Part shown: one piece after another, positions 1-7,891 of the stretch
Layout of the letters: the number at the start of each line of letters is the position of its first letter
How positions within the stretch are numbered: the first letter of the stretch is position 1
Origin: Parcubacteria group bacterium
Lineage (GTDB): Bacteria; Patescibacteriota; Minisyncoccia; Phycocordibacterales; UBA2135
DNA length: 64,000 nt
Assembly (NCBI GenBank): GCA_016204045.1
Contig: JACQLQ010000001.1
Location: 106,766 to 170,765, forward strand
Direction of reading: 5' to 3'
Translations under genes and position numbers: made by a program
Notes under the pieces: model-generated
What the model was told of the DNA's origin: nothing
What the model saw: only the letters and a program-made list of their open reading frames with translations
Databases searched by the model: none

Positions 1-119
1 AAAGGACATTTGTCCTTTATGATGTCCTTTAGAATAACAGCTATTAAATCGCAAGGCTTTAGTGTATAGTTAAGCGTAAATAAGCAGAGGTACACATGCT
101 TTGGGGTCAAGCCTCTAGT

Positions 120-190
120 CGGGGCGTAGTATAGTGGTAGTACACATGCTTTGGGAGCATGTAGTCCGAGTTCGATTCTCGGCGCCCCGA
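120..190 (+). tRNA. tRNA-Pro (anticodon TGG)
   Basis: Cloverleaf read by hand: acceptor cggggcg/cgccccg, D-arm gtat..gtac, anticodon stem catgc/gcatg with loop tttggga (anticodon TGG, G37), T-arm ccgag-ttcgatt-ctcgg, discriminator A. No encoded CCA. Confidence 0.8.
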
Positions 191-248
191 CTGGGGGATT
201 GACCAGAAGCGCCAAAGCGCTTCTGCGGAAATTTCCTCAAGAAGTTTA

Positions 249-276
249 TGTAGTCCGAGTTCGATTCTCGGCGCCT
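249..276 (+). repeat. 27-nt direct copy of the 3' part of the upstream tRNA-Pro(TGG) (tgtagtccgagttcgattctcggcgcc)
   Basis: Exact 27/27 match to positions 160-186 of the tRNA, 60 bp downstream. The two copies are separated by a hairpin (cagaagcgc-caaa-gcgcttctg). Looks like an att-site-style duplication or integrative-element footprint. Confidence 0.7.
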
Positions 277-300
277 CGTCATTGGAATTAATCAGGTGAG

Positions 301-371
301 CGGGCCGTAGTATAGTGGTAGTACGTATGCATGGGGTGCATATAGTGGGAGTTCGATTCTCCCCGGCCCGA
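301..371 (+). tRNA. tRNA-Pro (anticodon GGG)
   Basis: Acceptor cgggccg/cggcccg, anticodon stem tatgc/gcata with loop atggggt (anticodon GGG, G37), T-arm gggag-ttcgatt-ctccc, discriminator A. Confidence 0.75.
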
Positions 372-413
372 TTTCAAAGTAACAAAAACACTTAGCATTG
401 CTAAGTGTTTTTG

Positions 414-965
414 TTACTCAATCACCTCGTCTTTGATAAGGACCCACCATTGTCGTGTGTCGCCCTTAAGCTTTTCATACTCGCGGTCGTAAATGGGACG
501 GAAGTATTCGTTACCCGCCTTCACCTCTTCGTTGCACTTGGCGAGGAGGGACAAGCGGTCAGCGGCTTTCACAATCTGTGCCTCGATTGACTTTTGCTCG
601 CTCTCTTCATTCCAGAGCGCAATGTAGTACTCCTGGAGTTCTTTTGGAAGATCGCTCCAAATACCGTGCACCAGAACTTTGTTTACTTTGCGAATGGCAA
701 GGTTAACTTCTTTTGAATGATGTTTGAAGGGGCTTAAGATGTCGCCGGAGAAACGTTCCTCCATGTCGTGAATGAGCGCCATGGAAGTTACCTTTTCTCG
801 GTTTACTCTTTTACCGTTTTTTTCGAGGAGAAGACAAAGCAGAGAGGCGATGTAGGCGACGAAGAAGGAATGGTCGGCGACGGACTCCTCGAAGTGCTGG
901 GGGTGTCCGCTAAAGCGCACAATGTGTGCGAGTGATCGATCACGAATGTGGTCGAAGATGGGCAT
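414..965 (-). CDS. HD-domain phosphohydrolase (YfbR-like 5'-deoxynucleotidase family)
   Basis: The ORF-track protein carries an H..HD metal-binding signature (ADHSFFV...HDMEE). The likely real start is the internal Met (MPIFDHIRD), because the upstream extension overlaps the divergent PLP-enzyme gene. Confidence 0.6.
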   Translation of the reverse strand: MPIFDHIRDRSLAHIVRFSGHPQHFEESVADHSFFVAYIASLLCLLLEKNGKRVNREKVTSMALIHDMEERFSGDILSPFKHHSKEVNLAIRKVNKVLVHGIWSDLPKELQEYYIALWNEESEQKSIEAQIVKAADRLSLLAKCNEEVKAGNEYFRPIYDREYEKLKGDTRQWWVLIKDEVIE

Positions 966-1069
966 GTCTTCAGTATATCGTATTTGGTATTTGGTATGTA
1001 GTACTTCGTGGTTTGACTTTTTCTGTTTTGAGTAGTATGGTCTGTTCAGACGCAACCACGGGAGTAACC

Positions 1070-2254
1070 ATGGCACGCAAACCTGTTGACGCACATGGCT
1101 CTATTGTGCCGCCCATTCACTTGGGCGTGACGTATGCTCACGCATCTCTCGCAAGTGCTCGCGAGGCCTTTGAAACACTTGGGCATGGATATGCCTATGG
1201 TCGCATGGGTAATCCGACTGTCACAGAGTTCGAGCGTTTCTTGGGGGAGATCGAGGGAGTTCCACAGGCCAATGTTTGGGCTACCAGCTCCGGGCTTTCT
1301 GCTTTGACGCTTCTCGTTTTCGGTTTGACGGCCAAGAGCGCGGGAGGCAAGAAGCGCATTGTTACCTCCTCCTACATTTACGGCGGAGCGTATCACCAAC
1401 TCAAGTTGTGGGCCGATGAGCACGGCTATGACATCGTCTTCCTAAACAACCCCTTCTCACTTGAAGCATGGGATAGTGCTCTTGCAGCAACTCCTGCGGC
1501 ATTTGCACTTCTTGAGACCCCGTGTAACCCGACAATTGACGTTTTTGACATTAGGGCAATTGCCGAAGTCACGAGTCGGTATGGAGTTCCGCTTGTGGTA
1601 GATAATACCCTGGGTGTTGCCCTGCAGAGGCCGCTTGAACTCGGAGCGGATGTTGTCCTGCACTCAACAACCAAAGCAATCAACCGCCAATCCACAGGAC
1701 TGGGCGGGGCACTCATTGCGAGCGCCGCTTTTGTGGCTCGATTCGAAAGTCTGCTCAATGATTTTGACGTCTCAAACGGCCTCATTGCCCACCCGATGTC
1801 GGCGTGGACATCGCTCAATAGCAGAAAAACGCTACGGCGTGACATGCTCGACTTCTCGCGCATCGCCCTCGGTGTTGCCACGTTCCTCAACAAGCATCCA
1901 AAAATCAGAGAAGTGTATTATCCACTTCTACCGTCGAGTCGGAGCTATGACATTGCTCTGCGGCAAATGCCAGATGGTGCTGGCGGACTCTTCTCGTTTA
2001 GAGTCAAGAGTTTCGAGTCAGCCCAAAAGCTTGTCGAACTGCTCAAGGTGCCCTATCTCGCACCACACTTGGGACACAGCGAGTCACTCGTGATCCATCC
2101 GGCTTCAACCACGCACGGTAAGCTTACCCCCGAGCAGTTGGCTAGTGTAAACATCGCTCCAGAAATGGTTCGGTACTCTGTCGGCCTCGGCGTGCCCGAA
2201 GATGTCATCAGAGAAATTACGGAAGACTTCGCCCAGGCGCTTGATCAAATCTAA
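1070..2254 (+). CDS. PLP-dependent Cys/Met-metabolism (trans-sulfuration) enzyme: cystathionine gamma-synthase/beta-lyase, O-acetylhomoserine sulfhydrylase or methionine gamma-lyase family
   Basis: GNPT motif, PLP-lysine context HSTTKAINRQSTGLGG, about 395 aa counted from the internal Met MARKPVD. Confidence 0.75.
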   Translation: MARKPVDAHGSIVPPIHLGVTYAHASLASAREAFETLGHGYAYGRMGNPTVTEFERFLGEIEGVPQANVWATSSGLSALTLLVFGLTAKSAGGKKRIVTSSYIYGGAYHQLKLWADEHGYDIVFLNNPFSLEAWDSALAATPAAFALLETPCNPTIDVFDIRAIAEVTSRYGVPLVVDNTLGVALQRPLELGADVVLHSTTKAINRQSTGLGGALIASAAFVARFESLLNDFDVSNGLIAHPMSAWTSLNSRKTLRRDMLDFSRIALGVATFLNKHPKIREVYYPLLPSSRSYDIALRQMPDGAGGLFSFRVKSFESAQKLVELLKVPYLAPHLGHSESLVIHPASTTHGKLTPEQLASVNIAPEMVRYSVGLGVPEDVIREITEDFAQALDQI

Positions 2255-2261
2255 TTTTAAG

Positions 2262-2292
2262 TTACGGTCGGGTTCCCCCCGGCCGTTTTTTG
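2262..2292 (+). terminator. rho-independent terminator (acggtcgggttccccccggccgtttttt)
   Basis: GC hairpin followed by a T-run immediately after the stop codon. Confidence 0.6.
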
Positions 2293-2589
2293 TTGCCTCC
2301 TGAACACGCGCGGAGTTATTCACAGTATTTGCATTTTTGCAGAGTATGCTATAGTTTATTTCAACACCCTTTTTAGGGGTTAATTTGTTCTCCCTACCGA
2401 GCTACTCCGGCTTTCGCCTCTGCCAAATAGCGGAGACGGAATTGCTACGGGGCAAGAGACAGCACATTGGTATTATCCATTAATGAGGGTTCATTTCGAA
2501 TTCTGTTTTTGGAAAAGATTTTCGAAATGGGCTCTTTCACCCCACCACATTTCGACGCAAGGAGAAATGTCTCAAGGTCTTCATCTGAG

Positions 2590-3018
2590 ATGAAACAGTC
2601 GGGGAGCGTTGATCAGGCGTTTGATTTTTTCAATTGCGAAAATATCGACGCGCTGGTCCAGAGCACTATTCGTCAAAAACTCGAACGGTGCATACAAGAG
2701 TCGGGGTTTACGTTTATCGAGTCGGTATTTCACAAGTTTAAGGGATTTGGCGAAGGGTATAGCTTTCTCGCTATTATCGGAGAATCACACGTTGCCATAC
2801 ACACATGGCCCGAGAAGGGGGCGGCGGAAATAACGCTTCATTATTGCGATTTCTCTCGTAACAACGGAGAAAAGGCGGAAGAACTCATCAAGCTTTACAA
2901 AGAGATTTTTCGGCCGGCACGCATAAGCGCTTACAAGACAAGGATTCGTTGTGTTGTGGAGCCAATACAAACAACATGGAACAAAAAAAGACAAACAATG
3001 AAAAAGAGTTTGGCGTAG
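2590..3018 (+). CDS. S-adenosylmethionine decarboxylase-family proenzyme, paralog 1 (class 1b, SpeH-like)
   Basis: FHKF...SFLAIIGESHVAIHTWPE matches the pyruvoyl-enzyme ES-H self-cleavage motif of the SpeH/AdoMetDC family. Start taken at the internal Met MKQSGS. Confidence 0.65.
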   Translation: MKQSGSVDQAFDFFNCENIDALVQSTIRQKLERCIQESGFTFIESVFHKFKGFGEGYSFLAIIGESHVAIHTWPEKGAAEITLHYCDFSRNNGEKAEELIKLYKEIFRPARISAYKTRIRCVVEPIQTTWNKKRQTMKKSLA

Positions 3019-3356
3019 AGCTCATCCTCGACCTTATTGATTGTGATAAGGATGCCATTAGCTCAAAAGAGCATATCACTGCGTACGCAAAAGAACTTTG
3101 CCGCGTTATTGAGATGAAGCCATTTGGCGAGCCATTTGTTGAGCGGTTTGGACTCGGTAAGGACTTCACAGCCGGATACTCATTGGTGCAACTTATCGAG
3201 ACGAGCTCAATCACTGGACACTTCTCCGAGCTCTGGGGAAGGGCGTATATCAACATTTTCTCGTGTGCAGAGTTCGACACCAATCGGGCCGCAGAGTTTA
3301 CGATGAAACACTTTGGGGCGAAAGATGCCAACAAGCACGTGTTGCATCGTGGGTAG
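2976..3356 (+). CDS. speH: S-adenosylmethionine decarboxylase proenzyme, paralog 2 (SpeH-like)
   Basis: GVELILDLIDCD...LVQLIETSSITGHFSE...AYINIFSCAEFD is a classic small bacterial/archaeal AdoMetDC. The start may be 2949 or 2976. Confidence 0.7.
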   Translation: MEQKKTNNEKEFGVELILDLIDCDKDAISSKEHITAYAKELCRVIEMKPFGEPFVERFGLGKDFTAGYSLVQLIETSSITGHFSELWGRAYINIFSCAEFDTNRAAEFTMKHFGAKDANKHVLHRG

Positions 3357-3433
3357 GGAAAGGGACGGACGCGACAGAATGAGTCTGTTATACTAATAAC
3401 AGAAACTTGATGGACAACTGACGGAGACCAATC

Positions 3434-3703
3434 ATGGCCGTTTTTCTTGCCGCGGTACTTTGTGTCGTAGATAACGAAGGTGAGAATGCTCGTTTTGATG
3501 TACGCACCTCTGTTATCCTCGCCGACTCGGCTAAGGATGCCGAGGCTACTGCGCTCGTCGAGTGGCGGGAGACGAACCCTGAGTGGGCTAAACCAACAGA
3601 CGAGATCATTCAGAGGGTGCACGCTACGGAACTTTCAGTAGAGCAGTTGTCCCAATGCGCTTCCTGTGCGCGGAGGGAAGCGGAGATCACAAGAAAATCT
3701 TGA
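3434..3703 (+). CDS. hypothetical protein (89 aa)
   Basis: ORF in a coding-dense context with a bidirectional terminator downstream. No recognisable motif. Confidence 0.35.
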   Translation: MAVFLAAVLCVVDNEGENARFDVRTSVILADSAKDAEATALVEWRETNPEWAKPTDEIIQRVHATELSVEQLSQCASCARREAEITRKS

Positions 3704-3745
3704 GAAACTTTGGTTACTCACAACAAACAAACCCGACACTAGTCG
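3704..3745. terminator. bidirectional terminator hairpin (aaacccgacactagtcgggcttttt)
   Basis: Perfect hairpin flanked by A- and T-runs between convergent genes. Confidence 0.6.
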
Positions 3746-3772
3746 GGCTTTTTGTTGGCACTTACATAAGGT

Positions 3773-4816
3773 CTAATATGGCCGCTCTTTTTCCATGTCG
3801 CTCGAATACTCGCCCTTGGTGGCCAAGGCGTTCATCTTGGAGCGGAAGAGAAGTGCTTCTACGGCTTTTGCGCTGTTTTTGTCAGGATTTTGAGCCCAGA
3901 TTTTAAGCACGGGGTTTTGGATGGCGCGGGAATATGAGAATGAAAGCGGCCACGGTAATTTGTCTGCCGTGAGCGCAGTCGAACGGTTCATTTCGTTCAA
4001 GTTCTCTGTTGCCTGTTCGTCACCTTGACCCCCAGAAAGGAAGACGACACCCGCAAGTTCGCTTGGTACTGCCTCCTTTAGGGCGCGCACGGTCTCTCGC
4101 GCCACCTCTTCAGGAGTTGACTGTCGTGCTGCTTCTTTACCAGCAATAACCATACTTGCCTTCAAGATAACACCAGGCAAAAAGACATCTTGTCCCGCGA
4201 GCTCTTCGAAAAGCTTTTTTTGTGTTTTCACCGTTACCTCGTAGCATGTTTCAATAGAATGATCTCCGTCGATCAAAACTTCTGGCTCAACGATGGGGAC
4301 GATGTCCACTTCCTGGCAGAGCGCTGCGTAGCGTGCCATTGCGTGGGCATGGGCGTGGATACACGCGTCGGTTGGGATACTGCTTCCTATGGTAATCACA
4401 GCACGCCATTTTGCGAATGTCGCACCGAGGGTCTTGTATTCTGCAAGTCGCTCGCGCAACCCGTCTAATCCTTCTGTAATTTTTTCGCCTGGATGTAGTG
4501 CTAACTCTTTTAGTCCAGCATCAACCTTGATACCAGGGAGGATACCTTTATCGACAAGAACTTTGGCAAAGGGTCTGCCATCGGAAGTTCTTTGGCGAAT
4601 AGTTTCATCAAAAAGAATGATACCGCTCACGTACTCTTCGAGACCGTCGGCCGTGATGATGATTTCCCTATAACGTCTACGGTTTTCTTCTGTTGAGGGA
4701 ATTCCTACCGCATCAAATCGCTTTTTCGAGGTTGAGGCACTTTCGTCTGCCGCAATAATCCCTTTTCCAGGTGCGACCATTTGTTTCGCAACCCTTTGCA
4801 ACACGTCTTGGTTCAT
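3773..4816 (-). CDS. fructose-bisphosphate aldolase, class I
   Basis: GKGIIAADES near the N-terminus, which is the class I FBA hallmark (GILAADES). About 347 aa from the MNQDV start. Confidence 0.8.
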   Translation of the reverse strand: MNQDVLQRVAKQMVAPGKGIIAADESASTSKKRFDAVGIPSTEENRRRYREIIITADGLEEYVSGIILFDETIRQRTSDGRPFAKVLVDKGILPGIKVDAGLKELALHPGEKITEGLDGLRERLAEYKTLGATFAKWRAVITIGSSIPTDACIHAHAHAMARYAALCQEVDIVPIVEPEVLIDGDHSIETCYEVTVKTQKKLFEELAGQDVFLPGVILKASMVIAGKEAARQSTPEEVARETVRALKEAVPSELAGVVFLSGGQGDEQATENLNEMNRSTALTADKLPWPLSFSYSRAIQNPVLKIWAQNPDKNSAKAVEALLFRSKMNALATKGEYSSDMEKERPY

Positions 4817-4851
4817 AGATTCTTTCTTTTGTTTATAAACTAGCAAATGTA

Positions 4852-5637
4852 TTAAGAAATTTTCCCGCTTTGTATAAGTGAGAGCAACTCTTCATGGAGT
4901 ATGCCATTAGAACAGAGCTGCCCGTCCATCTCTGTATCATACCGCTTGGGAACGTTTCCGTGTAGGTCAGTAACCACACCACCAGCTTCCCGGACGATGA
5001 TTGCCGAGGCCGCCATGTCGTGTGGGGGTCTGCCGCCGAAGAAAGAGGCGGCAAACTCGCCTTGAGCAACCAAACCGGCCATGTAGTGGGTAGAGAGACC
5101 AGTGATGAAGGAAATACCCTTGTCATAGCCCTCTTCCATGGCGGGGAAGAAATTAAACACTTTCTTCATCTTGCCCATGCCGATAAGAGCGCTTTTAAGT
5201 GAAGCGTGCTTCGAGACAGTAATGCGCTTACCATTCACGTATGCTCCCTTTCCTTTTTCTGCGCTCCACATTCGATCAAGGAATGGGTCGTAGATAATAC
5301 CGAGCACAGGTTCACCATTTTGGATGAGCGCAAGCGCAAACGTTGCCGTGGGTATGCCGTGCGCAAAGTTGTGCGTTCCGTCCACAGGGTCGCAGATCCA
5401 AACATTGTCGCTATTCTCTAGACAGTCATTACCTTCCTCTGAAAGTATGCTACAGGTCGGGTAGCAGCTTCGGAGTTTCTTCAGAACCATCTCGTTCACG
5501 AGGAGATCGGTCGCAGTGACGGGGGAGCGCTCGTCCTTCCACTCCTTCGCCATGTTACTCGAAAAGTTTTTGCGAATAACCTCACCAGCTGCGCGGGCAA
5601 GGGAGGAGGCCACTTCCATGGGTATGGGGTTCGGCAT
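4852..5637 (-). CDS. inositol monophosphatase family protein (possible bifunctional IMPase/FBPase)
   Basis: WICDPVDGTHNFAHGIP fits the IMPase-family metal-binding motifs (DPIDGT, WDxAAG-like). Adjacent to the class I FBA, as in archaeal-type gluconeogenic pairs. Confidence 0.7.
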   Translation of the reverse strand: MPNPIPMEVASSLARAAGEVIRKNFSSNMAKEWKDERSPVTATDLLVNEMVLKKLRSCYPTCSILSEEGNDCLENSDNVWICDPVDGTHNFAHGIPTATFALALIQNGEPVLGIIYDPFLDRMWSAEKGKGAYVNGKRITVSKHASLKSALIGMGKMKKVFNFFPAMEEGYDKGISFITGLSTHYMAGLVAQGEFAASFFGGRPPHDMAASAIIVREAGGVVTDLHGNVPKRYDTEMDGQLCSNGILHEELLSLIQSGKIS

Positions 5638-5710
5638 AGAGATAACTATAAGTATAACCCGTAACTCGATTCCCGAGTCACCTAGCCGGAAATGGGAAAG
5701 TATTGTTATG

Positions 5711-5781
5711 TGGACTCACCGGGAATCGAACCCGGGCCTCGGCAATGCGAATGCCGCGTAATACCACTTTACTATGAGCCC
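5711..5781 (-). tRNA. tRNA-Ala (anticodon CGC)
   Basis: Minus-strand cloverleaf: acceptor gggctca/tgagtcc (one G-U pair), anticodon stem cggca/tgccg with loop ttcgcat (anticodon CGC), T-arm cccgg-gttcgattc-ccggg. The anticodon call is less certain than the tRNA call. Confidence 0.6.
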
Positions 5782-5790
5782 CCCTACCTC

Positions 5791-6014
5791 TAATCGGGGT
5801 GGGCAGACGCTTCGCTATCTCACTCTTTGGAAACCCACGTCCCTATTGCCTGCCAGCATACGCTGGCAACGGCAATTTCGCTTTGCGAATCGGATGAAAA
5901 GCAAAGCAGTTTGCTTTTCATTTCTACTCCGCCCCTCGACGGGCTCGGGGCTGCCTTCCTCCACGGGAAAACTACAGTTTTCCCGACCCCTTTCGTGTTC
6001 GGTTCTGCCCACCC
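5791..6014 (-). ncRNA. tRNA-linked structured RNA element, copy L1 (~224 nt, unknown family)
   Basis: Minus strand. The 5' end ggtgggcagaaccgaac is the reverse complement (16/17) of the T-arm/acceptor 3' region of the upstream tRNA-Pro(CGG). The 3' end tctgcccaccccgatta is an exact 17-nt direct copy of that tRNA's 3' end plus 3-nt trailer. The core shares blocks with copy L2, including a covarying hairpin (gggaaaac/gttttccc here against ggggaaaca/tgtttcccc in L2), gaggaaggcag and gtttccaaagagtgagatagcgaagcgtct. A -10-like tagtatatt lies just upstream. Confidence 0.6.
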
Positions 6015-6064
6015 TCTAAAAATATACTACACAAACAAAAAAGTTTGTTTCGTCATTTTTATAA

Positions 6065-6135
6065 TCGGGGTGGGCAGAATCGAACTGCCGCTACGGAGTC
6101 CCGAACCCCGCGTACTACCACTATACTACACCCCG
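6065..6135 (-). tRNA. tRNA-Pro (anticodon CGG)
   Basis: Acceptor cggggtg/caccccg, anticodon stem cgggg/ctccg with loop ttcggga (anticodon CGG, G37), T-arm ggcag-ttcgatt-ctgcc. Confidence 0.75.
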
Positions 6136-6136
6136 A

Positions 6137-6210
6137 TGGGCGATGGAGGATTCGAACCTCCGACCTCTGCAATGTGAATGCAGCGCTCTAACCAGCTGAG
6201 CTAATCGCCC
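6137..6210 (-). tRNA. tRNA-Val (anticodon CAC)
   Basis: Acceptor gggcgat/atcgccc, D-arm tagctcagctggttagagc, anticodon stem ctgca/tgcag with loop ttcacat, T-arm cggag-gttcgaat-cctcc. Starts 1 nt after tRNA-Pro(CGG). Confidence 0.7.
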
Positions 6211-6339
6211 TGTTTCGCAAAAAGAATACCAAAAAATCCACGGTTTTACAATGAACGATACCGCGCTGTCTTCTACAAGATTGCGCGTTGATAATACTTC
6301 GTGTATGGTCTTTGGTAGAAACATCTCGTAGGGGATGTC

Positions 6340-6603
6340 ATGGCTACGCAAGAACAGGCTCGTGCAGTTTTGAATTCTATGAAAAAAGATCTTCGCGAGA
6401 AACGTGTTGGTAGTAGTTTGAGCCGAGACGCTCGTGGGAATTGGTTCATAACACTCCGGGTAACGCGGCCCCTTAAGGATGGGACTTTTCCGAAACAGAA
6501 AGACGGCGTACGGATTGAACAGAAGTTTGTCGGGAGGATTCGCGCTCTGCCGAAGGATTCGGAGACAAAGAAAAAGCGTCCGACAAGACGAAGACGAGCG
6601 TAA
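6340..6603 (+). CDS. small basic hypothetical protein (87 aa), possible DNA-binding or integrase-arm-like
   Basis: Lys/Arg-rich. The stretch RDARGNWFITLRVTRPLKDG...KDGVRIEQKFVG weakly resembles AP2-like arm-type N-terminal domains of tyrosine integrases. A terminator hairpin follows. Confidence 0.4.
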   Translation: MATQEQARAVLNSMKKDLREKRVGSSLSRDARGNWFITLRVTRPLKDGTFPKQKDGVRIEQKFVGRIRALPKDSETKKKRPTRRRRA

Positions 6604-6767
6604 CAATTCAACATAAAAAAGCCAAAGGTCGTCTTCGGACGTCCTTTTTGTTATGATAAAGAGCCCAATCGGGAGTAATCCACAGGACGCTTGTGGCAAT
6701 CTCTTAGGAGGGGTATACTACGGAAGTACATAAAAAGTGCCTATAAACTAACCCCAAAATCTTTTTT

Positions 6768-7016
6768 ATGGCGAATGCAGCCCTAACAAAACCATTGAAC
6801 TTATCTGCTGACCTCGAGGCCGTTGTGGGCAAGGGTCCAATGCCGCGTTCAGAAGTTGTTAAGCAAATATGGGTCTACATTAAGAAGCATGACCTACAGA
6901 ACCCTAAGAACAAACGCAATATTTTGGCCGACGAAAAACTCAAGGCTGTGTTCGGGGGCAAGAGCGAAGTTACGATGTTTGAGATGACAAAGCTTGTGTC
7001 AGCCCACATGAAATAA
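6768..7016 (+). CDS. SWIB/MDM2-domain protein
   Basis: PMPRSEVVKQIWVYIKKHDLQNPKNKRNILADEKLKAVFG...MFEMTKLVSAHM matches the SWIB domain consensus. Confidence 0.8.
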   Translation: MANAALTKPLNLSADLEAVVGKGPMPRSEVVKQIWVYIKKHDLQNPKNKRNILADEKLKAVFGGKSEVTMFEMTKLVSAHMK

Positions 7017-7080
7017 GGGTATTTTAGAGACGTTAAGCAAAAAACAAAAAACTCTGCCAACTGGTGGGGTTTTTTGTTTT

Positions 7081-7112
7081 ACTAAATATCAAAATCCCCC
7101 AGAATTATCCGG
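7081..7112. terminator. bidirectional terminator hairpin (aatccccc...gggggatt)
   Basis: 8-bp GC stem with flanking A/T runs between convergent genes. Confidence 0.55.
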
Positions 7113-7120
7113 GGGATTCT

Positions 7121-7786
7121 CTACTGCTTAAGACGAAGCGTCACGAATTCAATGACTGCAACAGTGGGAATGCCACATGAATTGAGCCACATGCGCATCT
7201 CTCGCACAATGTTTCCGTAAAGACCAGAGGGCAATGTGACCAGGAATACCGAATCTCGCGCTCCAGGGTTGTCCTTTGCGCGGTACCAGAGGGCATCATC
7301 CGCTGTTCCCATTTGCATTCTCACTTCACGGCTTGAGGCATCGCGATCACGCAGTTGCACAACAGGGATACTGCGCTCTCCTCCGGGGTTCATCGGACCG
7401 TATCGTCCAGTCATCATGTTCAGCGCTACGGTGAGAGGATCACCTTCACCACTCCGCGGAATATATTCTTTAACCTCGGTTTTGTCGTCGCTACGCGTTG
7501 TTCGTATGCGAAAGAGCCTGCTTCTAAAGGTGTTGTCCGGAGCAAGAAACATTTCTGAGGTGTATTCGTATGTGGCATTCTTCAAGGGTCCACTTACTTC
7601 TAGCTTGAGCCGCGCGCCAGAAACACCCGCTGCGGTCCCCTCAAAAATAAATGCTCCCTCGATTGTGTGCCCGAGGAAAGAGTCAGACACGTACTCAAGC
7701 CGCTGCGGGACGACGCATTGGGCAAATGCTTCAAGCGGCCAGATAAAAAACAAAAGAAGAGCATACAAGAAGGCGCCGCGTTTCAT
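7121..7786 (-). CDS. secreted hypothetical protein
   Basis: Signal peptide MKRGAFLYALLLFFIWPLEAFA at the internal Met. No recognisable catalytic motif. Confidence 0.5.
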   Translation of the reverse strand: MKRGAFLYALLLFFIWPLEAFAQCVVPQRLEYVSDSFLGHTIEGAFIFEGTAAGVSGARLKLEVSGPLKNATYEYTSEMFLAPDNTFRSRLFRIRTTRSDDKTEVKEYIPRSGEGDPLTVALNMMTGRYGPMNPGGERSIPVVQLRDRDASSREVRMQMGTADDALWYRAKDNPGARDSVFLVTLPSGLYGNIVREMRMWLNSCGIPTVAVIEFVTLRLKQ

Positions 7787-7891
7787 GACAATTCCATCGC
7801 TACATTCTTCGCGTAGTATAGCCCGCGCCAATAGTGTGTCAACAAAAACCCCGCGTCATGAGACACGGAGTTACGAAATAAATATGGCGAC

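Noticed and set aside
2360-2590. Possible SAM or polyamine riboswitch in the ~230-nt leader upstream of the AdoMetDC genes
   Set aside because: The leader has some hairpins but none of the conserved SAM-I, SAM-II or SAM-V blocks could be recognised by eye. Not reportable without a covariance-model scan.
5791-6014. Interpretation of the tRNA-linked element as tmRNA, SRP RNA or a group I/II intron
   Set aside because: It has no tmRNA T-arm or resume-codon region. It has no SRP domain IV GGAA-tetraloop context beyond a short GGAAGGCAG. It has no P7 or domain V consensus. A hammerhead/twister-type catalytic-core motif (CUGAUGA, GAAA) is also absent.
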